DNA from: Heptranchias perlo
Taxonomy: Eukaryota
Direction: 5' to 3'
Assembly (NCBI RefSeq): GCF_035084215.1
Contig: NC_090326.1
Coordinates: 806,001 to 870,000 of the forward strand
DNA length: 64,000 nucleotides
Below, piece by piece: positions 12,181-23,264 of this stretch; the stretch's first letter is position 1; each line of letters begins with the position of its first letter. The position numbers and the translations under genes are program-made. Under the pieces are notes generated by a model, which saw nothing but the letters and a program-made list of their open reading frames with translations, ran no database searches and had not been told where the DNA came from.

Positions 12181-14904
12181 GCTATAGGAAAGACAGAGCA
12201 GGAGGTAAGAGAGGAGGGGGAGTTGCGTTCTTGATTAGGGCGAACATCACGGCAGTACTGAGAGGGGATATATCCGAGGGTTCGCCCACTGAGTCTATAA
12301 GGGTAGAACTGAAAAATAAGAAGGGAGAGATCACTTTGATCGGATTGTAATACAGACCCCCAAATAGTCAACGGGAAATTGAGGAGCAAATATGTAAGGA
12401 GATTACAGACAGCTGCAAGAAAAATAGGGTGGTAATAGTAGGGGACTTTAACTTTCCCAACATTGACTGGGACAGCCATAGCATTAGGGGCTTGGATGGG
12501 GAGAAATTTGTTGAGTGTATTCAGGAGGAATTTCTCATTCAGTATGTGGATGGTCCGACTAGAGAGGGGGCAAAACTTGACCTCCTCTTGGGAAATAAGG
12601 AAGGGCAGGTGACAGAAGTGTTAGTGAGGGATCACTTTGGGACCAGTCATCATAATTCCATTAGTTTTAAGATAGCAATGGAGAATGATAGGTCTGGCCC
12701 AAAAGTTAAAATTCTAAATTGGGGAAAGGCCAATTTTGATGGTATTAGACAGGAACTTTCAGAAGTTGATTGGGAGAGTCTGTTGGCAGGCAAAGGGACG
12801 TCTGGTAAGTGGGAGGCTTTCAAAAGTGTGTTAACCAGGGTTCAGGGTAAGCACATTCCTTATAAAGTGAAGGGCAAGGCTGGTAGAAGTAGGGAACCTT
12901 GGATGACTCGGGAGATTGAGGCCCTAGTCAAAAAGAAGAAGGAGGCATATGACATGCATAGGCAGCTGGGATCAAGTGGATCCCTTGTAGAGTATAGAGA
13001 TTGCCGGAGTAGAGTTAAGAGAGAAATCAGGAGGGCAAAAAGGGGACATAAGATTGCTTTGGCAGATAAGGCAAAGGAGAATCCAAAGAGCTTCTACAAA
13101 TACATAAAGGGCAAAGTAGGGACAGAGTAGGGCCTCTTAAGGATCAACAAGGTCATCTATGTGCGGAACCACAAGAGATGGGTGAGATCCTAAATGAATA
13201 TTTCGCATCTGTATTTACGGTTGAGAAAGGCATGGATGTTAGGGAACTTGGGGAAAAAAATAGTGAGGTCTTGAGGAGTGTACATATTACAGAGAGGGAG
13301 GTGCTGGAAGTCTTAACGCGCATCAAGGTAGATAAATCTCCGGGACCTGATGAAATGTATCCCAGGACGTTATGGGAGGTTAGGGAGGAAATTGCGGGTC
13401 CCCTAGCAGAGATATTTGAATCATCGACAGCTGCAGGTGAGGTGCCTGAAGATTGGAGGGTAGCAAATGTTGTGCTTTTGTTTAAGAAGGGCGGCAGGGA
13501 AAAGCCTGGGAACTATAGACCGGTGAGCCTGACATCTGTAGTGGGTAAGTTGTTAGAGGGTATTCTGAGAGACAGGATCTACAGGCATTTGGAGAGGCAG
13601 GGACTGATTCGGAATAGTCAGCATGGTTTTGTGAGTGGAAAATCATGTCTCACGAATTTGATTGAGTTTTTTCAAGGGGTAACCAAGAAGATAGATGAGG
13701 GCTGTGCAGTTGACGTGGTCTACATGGACTTTATCAAAGCCTTTGACAAGGTACTGCATGGTCGGTTGTTACATAAGGTTAAATCACACGGGATCCAAGG
13801 TGAGGTAGCCAATTGGATACAAAATTGGATTGACGGCAGGAGACAGAGGGTGGTTGTGGAGGGTTGTTTTTTCGGACTGGAGGCCTGTGACCAACGGTGT
13901 GCCTCAGGGATCAGTACTGGGTCCGCTGTTATTTGTTATTTATATTAATGATTTGGATGATAATTTAGGAGGCATGGTTAGTAAGTTTGCAGATGACACC
14001 AAGAATGGTGGCATTGTAGAGAGTGAAGAAGGTTATCTAGGATTGCAACGGGTTCTTGATAAATTGGGCCAGTGGGCCGATGAATGGCAGATGGAGTTTA
14101 ATTTGGATAAATGTGAGGTAATGCATTTTGTTAGATCGAATCGGGCCAGGGCCTACTCCGTTAAGGGTAGGGCGTTGGGGAGAGTTATCGAACAAAGAGA
14201 TCTAGGAGTACAGGTTCATAGCTCCTTGAAAGTGGAGTCACAGGTGGATAGGATGGTGAAGAAGGCATTCAGCATGCTTGGTTTCATTGGTCAGAACATT
14301 GAATACAGGAGTTGGGATGTCTTGTTGAAGTTGTACAAGACATTAGTAAGGCCACACTTGGAATACTGTGTGCAGTTCTGGTCACCCTATTATAGAAAGG
14401 ATATTAGTAAACTAGAAAGAGTGCAGAAAAGATTTACTAGGATGCAACCGGGACTTGATGGTTTGACTTATAGGGAGAGGTTGGATAGACTGAGACTTTT
14501 TTCCCTGGAGAGTAGGAGGTTGAGGGGTGATCTTATAGAAGTCTATAAAATAATGAGGGGCATAGATAAGGTCGATAGTCAAAATCTTTTCCCAAAGGTA
14601 GGGGAGTCTATAACGAGGGGGCATAGATTTAAGGTGAGAGGGGAGAGATACAAAAGGGTCCAGAGGAGCAATTTTTTCACTCAAAGGGTGGTGAATGTCT
14701 GGAACGAGCTGCCAGAGGCAGTAGTAGAGGCGGGTACAATTTTGTCTTTTAAAAAGCATTTGGACAGTTACATGGGTAAGATGGGTATAGAGGGATATGG
14801 GCCACGTGCAGGCAATTGGGACTAGCTTCGTGGTATAAACTGGGCGACATGGACATGTTGGGCCGAAGGGGGCCTGTTTCCATGTTGTAAACTTCTATGA
14901 TTCA
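12181..14904 (+). mobile_element. Young CR1 LINE: partial APE endonuclease plus RT, with stops and frameshifts
   Basis: ORFs 12429..13130 (VGDFNFPNIDW, SHH), 13178..13948 (KSPGPD, NYRPVSLTS) and 13830..14825 (GVPQGSVLGP, FADD). TTCTATGATTC tail; AAGAT flanks both ends. Confidence 0.95.
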
Positions 14905-15106
14905 AAGATAATGAAATGGTTTGATTGGGCAGCCGAGATAAAATGCTTCCACTCGTGGTGGAGTCCAAAACTAGAGGCCATCAATATAAAATAGTCACTA
15001 CTAAATCCGACATGTAATTCAGGAGAAACGTCTTTAACCAAAGAGTGGTTAGAATGTGGAACGCGCTACCACTGGAGTAGTTGAGGCGAATGGCTCAGGT
15101 ACATTT

Positions 15107-15775
15107 GAATTGTTAGTGGATTTCTCTGTTAGTGTCGCAACCAAGTGTTGTTAATCCACCAACAATAATTCCCGCTCGATTCTAGGCCGAATGGTTAAAT
15201 AATAACCGTCTATAGTTTAATAGATTCACCTACAACAGGGTTGCACTGCAGCTGTCTTCAAAATTACATTCAAGAGTATTAAAGTTATAATCGAACTGTC
15301 AACAAATTATATTTAAAACAAGCAATCAATAAAACCTGATCAGTCCGCCGAACCCAAGTTGATCAGAGTTAGCCTTCACGGACTGCCTGTGGCAATGGAC
15401 ATCCGACCGTCCCCTCTTGAGTGCTCTAACTTTTGGGAGAGAGCATGCCCTCTCTATATACTATTCGGCTGTGTTGTTCTGTACATAAGCACCTCTGTCC
15501 TTATCACCTGTTCGTAAACCATCCTACTGTGCTGACTCTCCAAAAACCGCCAGGGACTGTTTAATATCTTTGTGTTTACGTTGCCTTTTACCGTTATCAG
15601 GTCTTAGTATGTTTATACCAGGTTAGGACACCTGGTCTCTTGGATCTTACTGTTTTTGTGTATTCTAATGCCTAAGCATTCTTCCAATGTCCTCTTGGGT
15701 TTCTGTAAGATATGTTCCTCACAGAGATGCGGACCTTTGCCATTCTATTTTCTATGCCTTGTGTTGAACCTTATT
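15107..15775. mobile_element. Unclassified ~670-bp insertion, possibly a partial LTR
   Basis: Interrupts the old CR1. TGT near the left end; ATTAAA (near 15216) and TATATA (near 15455) on the minus strand; no ORF and no clear CA terminus. Confidence 0.3.
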
Positions 15776-17614
15776 TTTAAAATTCATTCATGGGATGTGG
15801 GCGTCGCTGGCAAGGCCAGAATTTATTGACCATCCCTAATTGCCCTTGAGAAGGTGGTGGTGAGCGGCCTTCTTGAACTGCTGCAGTCCGTGTGGTGAAG
15901 GTACTCCCACAGTGCTGTTAGGTAGGTAGTTCTAGGATCCAGGATCATGGTATGACTAGGCAGAGACAGCATCGTTTTCTGAAATGGAAATCGTGTTTGA
16001 CAAACCTATTAGAGTTTTTTGAGGATGCAACTTGCCGGGTAGATAAAGGGGAACCAGTGGATGTCATATATTTGGATTTTCAAAAGGCATTCGATAAGGT
16101 GCCACTTAAAACGTTGTTGCACAAGATAAGGACTCATGGGGTTGGGGTAACATATGAGGCTGGATAGAGGATTCGTTAAAGGACAGAAAACAGAGAGTAG
16201 GGATAAACGGTCATTTTCTGGCTTGCAGGCTGTAGCTAGTGGGTTGCCACAAGGATTGGTGCTTGGGCCTCAGCTATTTACAATCTATACTAATGACTTG
16301 GATGAAGGGACCGAGTGTAATGTATCCAAGTTTGCTGACGATAGAAAGCTAGGTGGGAAAGTAAGCAATGAGGAGGACTAAAAGAGTCTGCAAATGGATA
16401 TAGACAGATTAAGTGATTGGGCAAGAAGGTTGCAGATGGAGTACAATGTGGGGAAATTTGCGGTTATTCACTTTGGTTGGAAGAATAGAAAAACAGAATA
16501 TCTTTTAAATGGTGAGAAACTATTAAATGTTGGTGTTCAGAGAGACTTGAGTGCCCTCGTACAAGAAACACAACAAGTTAGCATGCAGAAGACCACGCAA
16601 TTAGTAAAACAAATAGAATGTTGGCCTTTATTGCAAGGCGGTTGGAGTTCAAGAGTAGGGAAGTCTTACTACAATTGTACAGGGCTTTGGTGAGACCACA
16701 TCTGGAGTACTGTGTACGGTTTTGGCCTCCTTATCTAAGGAAGCATATACTTGCCTTAGAGGCAGTGCAACAAAGGTTCACTAGATTATTTCCTGGGATA
16801 TGAAGGTTGTCCTATCAGGAGAGGTTGAGTAGAATGGGCCTATACTCTCTGGAGTTTAGAAGAATGAGAGGTTATTTACCATGGTTGGAAATTCTAGACG
16901 TAGGGGGAATAGTCGAGGGTTGTGATCTTTAGAATTCTCTACCCCAGAGGGCTGTGGATGGTGAGTCATTGAATATGTTCAAGGATGAGATAGATCGATT
17001 TCTGGACTCTCGATGAATCAAGGAATATGGGCTTCGGGCAGGAAAGTGGAGTTCAGTTCGAAGGTCAGCCATGATCTGATTGAATGGCGGAGCAGATTCG
17101 AGGGGCCGTATGGTCTATTCCTGCTCCTATTCCTTATGTTCTTTTGTTCTTATTTTGACCCAGCAATGATGAAGGAACGGCGATATATTTCTAGGTCAGG
17201 ATGATGTGTAACTTGGAGGGGAACGTGAAGGTGGTGTTGTTCCCTGCGCCTACAGCGTTTGTCATTCTAGCTGTTAGAGGTCGTGGGTTTGGGAGGTGCC
17301 GTCGAAGAAGCCTTGGCGAGTTGCTGCAGTGCATCCTGTGGATGGTACACACTGCAGCCACAGTGCGCCAATGGTGGAGAGAGTGAATATTTAGGGTGGT
17401 TGATGGGGTGCCAATCAAGCGGGCTGCTTTGTCCTGGATGGTGTCGAACATCTTGAGTATTGTTGGAGCTTCACTCATCCAGGCAAGTTTAGAGTTTTCC
17501 ATCACACTCTTAACTTGTGTCTTGTAGATCGAGGAAAGGCTTTAGGGAGTCAGGAGGTGAGTCACTCGCCGCAGAATACCAGCTTCTGACCTGCTCTTGT
17601 AACCACCGTTTTTA
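15776..17614 (-). mobile_element. Family B LINE 3' fragment split by a CR1 (pieces 15776-15938 and 17152-17614)
   Basis: Same 3' end as 6836 and 9657. The consensus gttccaggat|tttgacccagc is broken by the CR1. ORF 17191..17505. Confidence 0.85.
15939..17151 (+). mobile_element. 5'-truncated CR1 nested in the family B LINE
   Basis: ORFs 15952..16803 carry RT motifs (KSCLTNLLEFF, YLDFQKAFD, KFADD). Tail ttccttatgttcttttgttctt. Confidence 0.9.
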
Positions 17615-17996
17615 TCTTAGAGGGAGCTAGCTAAGCATCTAAGGAAAAAAGGAATAGAAGTGTCTGCTGATAGGGTCACCTGAAGTAGGTTGGGAGGAGG
17701 TTCGTGTGGAGCATAAACGCCGGCATAGATCAGTTGGGCCGAATGATCCGTTTCTTTGCTGCAGTTTCGATGTAACCCTCTCTTGCCTGTTGTACTCTCT
17801 ACAATTTTGCAGCTGAGGGACATTCGCTATTTCTGCCATTGAACGAATATTTCACTCCGATTAGATTGATCTGGGACTGTTGTTGTCTGATATTAACTCG
17901 TTAAGATTCTCAACAAACACACCGACTCCCGCTTTCCTCCCAAGTTTCTTTGAGAAGACAGGGTCATGAACAGCAAACACCCTGTGGGGAATGATT

Positions 17997-18595
17997 CATA
18001 AGAACATAAGAACATAATAAATTGGAGCAGGAGTAGGCCAATCGGCCCCTCGAGCCTGCTCCGCCATTCAATAAGATCATGGCTGATCTGATCCCAACCA
18101 CAAATCTAAAGAACACAAGAAGTCGGAGCAGGACCCGGCCACATAGCCCCTGGGCCCTCTCCGCCACCCACAGGGCATTGACCGATCCGAACTCAGCTTC
18201 ATGTCCAATTTCCTGCCCGCTCCCCATAACCCCTAATTCCCTTTACTTCTAGGAAACTGTCTATTTCTGTTTTAAATTTATCTAATGATGTAGCTTCCAC
18301 AGCTTCCTGGGGCAGCAAATTCCACAGACCGACCACCCTCTGAGTGAAGAAGTTTCTCCTCATCTCAGTTTTGAAAGAGCAGCCCCTTATTCTAAGATTA
18401 TGCCCCCTAGTTCTAGTTTCACCCATCTTTGGGAACATCCTTACCGCATCCACCCGATCAAGACCCTTCACAATCTTATATGTTTCAATAAGATCGCCTC
18501 TCATTCTTCTGAACTCCAATGAGTAGAGTCCCAATCTACTCAACCTCTCCTCATATGTCCGCCCCCTCATCCCCGGGATTAACCGAGTGAACCTC
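17997..18595 (-). mobile_element. Short CR1 3' fragment with a doubled 3' UTR module
   Basis: ORF 18199..18570 (LGLYSLEFRRMRGDLIETYK), (GTTCTTAT)n tail, and a second tail-like module near 18108. Confidence 0.9.
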
Positions 18596-18739
18596 CAATT
18601 CTAATTGGAGCTTCTTAGAAGAGCAACCTCCAGCTTTAAAGGTTCCCCGCCCTTTCCCCCAATCCCAATGCCTTTGCTCAGATTCTGATAAAAGTGAATT
18701 GGGGAAAGTTCCCATTGACTTTTTTATTCCGAATTATGC

Positions 18740-19100
18740 CTGAGACACCTGCGCATGCGTGATTCAACCTCGCCCAGCCCTGATTGTTACTGAGCTGCAG
18801 TGCGCTCCTCCTCACCCAGCTCGGCCTGTGGGCGCCATTCCCTCAGTGAGCGGAAGAAGATGGTTTTAAACAGTCGGGAATTGAGAGATCAAGGCCCCCC
18901 GGGTAAGGAGCAAAGAACAGCCTCGTTACAGCAGTTCATCGCTCAGAGATCGGCATTGAGGCCGGGGTAAGTTCAGGGGGAGTCCGCGGGCTGTTTGTAA
19001 GAGGCGGAGTGAATCAGGAACTGGTCCCGGAACATGGAGTGAGCGGGGGAAGGGCGAGGTCACTCTCGGGCTGTGTGTGCACAGGGTGTGTCCAGGGGAA
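18740..19100 (+). promoter_or_regulatory. CpG-rich promoter-like segment (NRF1-like TGCGCATGCG, ETS-like CGGAAG, AAGATGG, GTAAGT donor)
   Basis: Motifs at about 18750, 18851 and 18967, conserved in the paralog at 35410-35800. Confidence 0.5.
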
Positions 19101-20513
19101 GAGAGACAGAATGGGAAGAACCTGCTATATAAAATCATTGCTGCTTTCTGTCCCCAAACTAGAAATGAATGTTCCTGCTTTAGTTCCAATCTCACTCTGT
19201 TTATTATATTTGGACATTGAACAGTAGAAACAGAGCCGGACAGAAAGGATGTGGGGAGTTATACAAAGAGCATCTATTGCAGGCATGAGGTGAGAAGTGT
19301 GAAGGTTAAATTTTAAATTGTGGCTCTTTTGTTTCAGTTGAGCAGTTAGTCCCATGGGAGAGAGGATTACAAACCTGACCTGTACAAAGGTCCCTGCCCC
19401 ATCGGGCAGTCCCATTCATGGATCAGTGCAGGGATTGGGTTGTGTCTGGATGTCACTAAATTGTTGTAAAACTGCCCAACACACCTGGTATACAGAAGTT
19501 GAGTGCTGCAGTACTGCAGTGGAGTCAGACACTGACACTGTTTGTATCACTGGTTTTCATATGTGGTTATTTCAAAATGATTATTAACAGAGATATTAAA
19601 TTGATTACTTTTGTATTTTCTACCTCATAATTTCTTGAGTTACTAGAGATAATTTTCACCCTACAGGCAAATACTTGAAGGAGCCAGAATAAATGTGATG
19701 TTTCCTCCACCCGAGGCACAAGGAACAGCGCAGCCAGCTCCTTGTCACAAACAGTAGGTACATTATCACTCACAAAGTGCAAAGACACAGACAGGTCATC
19801 AGTTCCACAGTCTCAGACAGCAGAAGTATTCAGTCCCACACTGATCCCATTTTCCACGGACACATTTTCAATCCAACAGTCAAACAGAGCAGGTGAGGCA
19901 GACACTGTTTCCATTTCACCCGAACTCAGTACCGCTGACAGGTGGATACAAAAATCCCAGTCCAAAATCACACTATCAGATTGAAAGACACTGTGTCAAT
20001 CTCATAATAGGGCAACTTTAGCAACCAATTAAATACAGATTGAAATGACACATGGTACTCGATTGAAAGGTACAGAATGAACCCCAATAATGTACCCCGA
20101 TATTCCAATTGAATACTGGCCCAGAATGGGCAAAACGAGTTTAATACATGCAGTATCCATCCGAAGAGCGTACCATGAGATACAAATTGAATTCAAGTCC
20201 AAAACTCATGTACAGTATCAGATTGAGAAATGCTGAAATAGAGTATAACCTGAGAAACAAATTAGATACCAATTCAAAACACACTCATAGGATGAGATTT
20301 AAAGAAACAGTATCAATTCTATTATTGCAGACTGAGATACACATTACATACCAGAAAAAAATGTCACCATTTCAGTTTGAAAGATACATTGTCATTCACA
20401 GTTGTACTCACAGAGATACAGATTTAAGAGTAGTCCAAAAAGTGCACACATTATCTTATTAAAACCTACAGCATCAAATCCTAAAGTGTATCAATATTTT
20501 CCAATTAAATAAG

Positions 20514-20685
20514 GTTTTTTATTATATTCATTCATGGGACGTGGGCATCGCTGGCGAGACTGGCATGTATTGCCCATCCCTAATTGCCCTTGAGAAGGTG
20601 GTGGTGAGCCGCCTTCTTGAACTGCTGCAGTCCGTGTGGTGAAGGTTCTCCCACAATGCTGTTAGGAAGGGAGTTCCAGGATTTT
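20514..20685 (-). mobile_element. Family B LINE extreme 3' end
   Basis: ATTCATTCATGGGACGTGGGCATCGCTGG...GAGTTCCAGGATTTTGA; empty site at about 52805-52845. Confidence 0.85.
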
Positions 20686-20809
20686 GAACAGCAAACACCC
20701 TGTGTGGAATGATTCCAATTGGAGCTTCTTAGAAGGGCAAACAATTTAAACATTAAGATATTGCAACTACAGTTTTGAACGCCATAATGCAATCTGGAAG
20801 AAAAATTAC

Positions 20810-21860
20810 ATACAGATACAGAATAAATCTCACAGACAGAAACAGTACCAGAGACAGACAGAAACAGCATAAATCCCACACTCACAAACAGTACCAGGTA
20901 CTGACAAATACTGAGTTAATCCCTCACTCACATAAAGTACCAGGGACGGAAAAATGAGAATGAATCCCACACTCACACATAGTCAGAGACTGCATATTGG
21001 ATGATTCCCACACTCTCATAAAGTACCAGAATCTGACAGGTAATTTAAGAATCAGACACAGACACCACACACACACACACAATGACTCTCACACTCACAT
21101 ACAATATCAGAAACTGAAAGGTACAGAATGAATCTCACACTCAGATACAGTACCAGAGACGGACAGTTATACAATGAATCCTACATTAACACACAGTACC
21201 AGAGACGGACAGATGCAGAATTAATCCCGCACTGACACAGTACCAGAGATTGACAGCTACAGAATAAATCACACTCTCACATATAGTATGACTGATTACA
21301 TATAAAGAAAGAATCTCACACTCACAGACAGTGCCAGAGACTTACAGATACACAATGAATCTCATGTGGACACGATAACAGTGACTGCATATATAGATTG
21401 AGTCCCATAATCATATATAATACCAGAGACTGACAGATGCAGTATGAATCCTTCACTCATACAATGCTGGAGACTGCATATATAGAATGAATAGCACAAT
21501 CACACACAGTACTGAAAAGATATAGAATGAGTCCCACACTCACACACAGTACCAACGACTGACAGGCACAGAATGAATCCCATATTCACATAGATTACCA
21601 GAGACAGACATATACGGAATGAATCACACACTCATACTGTGCCAGAGACTGAGAGATACAGAATGAATCACACACTCACACACAGTATCAGGTACTGACA
21701 GGTACAGAATCAATCCCTCACTCACACAATACCGGGGACTGACAGCTACAGAATGAATTTCACGCTCACAGACAGTATCAAAGGCTGACAGGTACAGAAT
21801 GAATCTCACACACAGTATTACAGATTGAACGAACCTCGCTCACATACATTAGCAGAGACA
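20810..21860. repeat. Degenerate ~46-bp satellite (CACACTCACATACAGTACCAGAGACTGACAGATACAGAATGAATCT)
   Basis: Roughly 20 diverged units. The same family occurs at 41460, 52895, 62750 and 63835. Confidence 0.9.
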
Positions 21861-22509
21861 GTCTGCACTAACATTATTCAATATTGATTGAAATCATAAT
21901 ATCTGAATTAGTCCGATTTTGCTGTACAAAATTGTGTAACAAGAGAGACAGAGAGGAAAATACTGAAAATTAGGGAGAGGAATTTAATACAACATGACAA
22001 CCGTTGTTTGGTCTCACAAAATGTACTTCGAGCTCGTCTCCATTCCTAGTGTTTCTAGATCCCACAGTCCAATATAATGTGAACATTATTGTCTGCTGTG
22101 TCCATCTGTGATCGTTAAATTTGAATACACTGGAGTCTGGTGACATCTGTTGGCCGGAAGCGACAACTGCAACAGGGCGGAACAAATTCACGTTATCTGT
22201 CAGAGTTACAGAAACAGGACACTGAGCAATGTGAGGAAATAGTTTCTGTCTGTAAGTTCCACTCTCGTATTGTTTCACGTTTGGAGAGTGAAAAATAAAA
22301 ATAATCGCTTCATAATAATGCTTGTTTTTTACTCATTCTATCTTGTAAATATTCCCATTGATATTTCACTGTACATTGAGCAGTATTTATGCCTGATTTC
22401 TAAGGACACTATTTACATTACTTCAAATAAACCAAACAAAAATACGGATAAAAACTGAGCGCAATGCTGAAAGTTTCACAGGAAATAGCCGAAAGGGAAA
22501 GGGATGAAA

Positions 22510-22930
22510 TACAGAAAGAATTAGGAGCAGGAGTAGGATGTCCGTCTCCTCCAGCCTCCGTTCGATAAAATCATGCCTGACCTTCGACCTCAAATCCACT
22601 TTCCTGACTGATCCCCATATCCCTTCATTCGCCACAGTTCAAAAATCTATTGATCTCAGCCTTGAACATACTCAACCTCTCAGCATCCTCTGCCCACTAG
22701 GTTAGAGAATTCCAATGATTCACAACGTCTGAGTGAAGAAATTTCTCCTCATCACAGTCTTAAACGGCCGACCCCTTTCTTGAGACCATGGACCAACTAT
22801 CGACTCTCCAGCCAGGGGAAACAACCTCTCGACGCCTACCCTGTCAAGCCCCGTCAGAATCATGTGTTTCAATGAGATCACCTGTCATTCTTCTGAACAC
22901 CAGCGAGTATAGGCCCATTCTTGTCAATCT
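22510..22930 (-). mobile_element. Degenerate CR1 3' fragment
   Basis: gtgaagaaatttctcctcatc...ttaaacggccgacccc...tcaatgagatcacc resembles the CR1 3' ends elsewhere in the window. Confidence 0.7.
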
Positions 22931-22944
22931 ACGGAAGCAAAAAT

Positions 22945-23150
22945 AAAACCCGAAAATATTGGAAACATTCAGCACATCCGGCAGCATCTGTGGAGAAGGG
23001 AAGCTCGGGTTAACGGTTCAGGTCAATGACTCTACTATACACCTGAAAGGTTAATCCTACCTCCCTCTCTCCACAGATGAAGACTGACCTTTGAGGCTTT
23101 CCAGCATTTTCTCTTTATATTTCCGATTTCCAGCATCTACAGTATTTTCC
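22945..23150. mobile_element. Old imperfect palindromic repeat (MITE-like or inverted Penelope-pLTR-like)
   Basis: Arms aaaatattggaaa...catctgtggagaaggg and ccctctctccacagatg...tttccagcatttt. A half copy lies at about 42210-42315. Confidence 0.55.
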
Positions 23151-23264
23151 TCTTTGAAGAATAAATCAATTTCCGGAAGGGAATTGAAATTTAAAAAAGG
23201 AACTGAAAGCATTGGAGGGAAGAGCTTCAGCAAGGTAATGAATTTCATTGAATTAAAGACCGAT

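Larger units (their letters stand above)
11870..17775 (+). mobile_element. Old degenerate CR1 3' segment hosting nested insertions (pieces at about 11870-12180, 14905-15106, 17618-17775)
   Basis: CR1-like sequence (gacctgatagaagtctttaagat / aaaactagaggcc...ttagaatgtggaac / gagctagctaagcat...ttgggccgaatg) resumes colinearly across the insertions. Confidence 0.7.

Noticed and set aside
19290-19666. Intronic snoRNAs in the putative spliced unit
   Set aside because: No convincing C/D box pair with terminal stem or H/ACA hairpins seen by eye.
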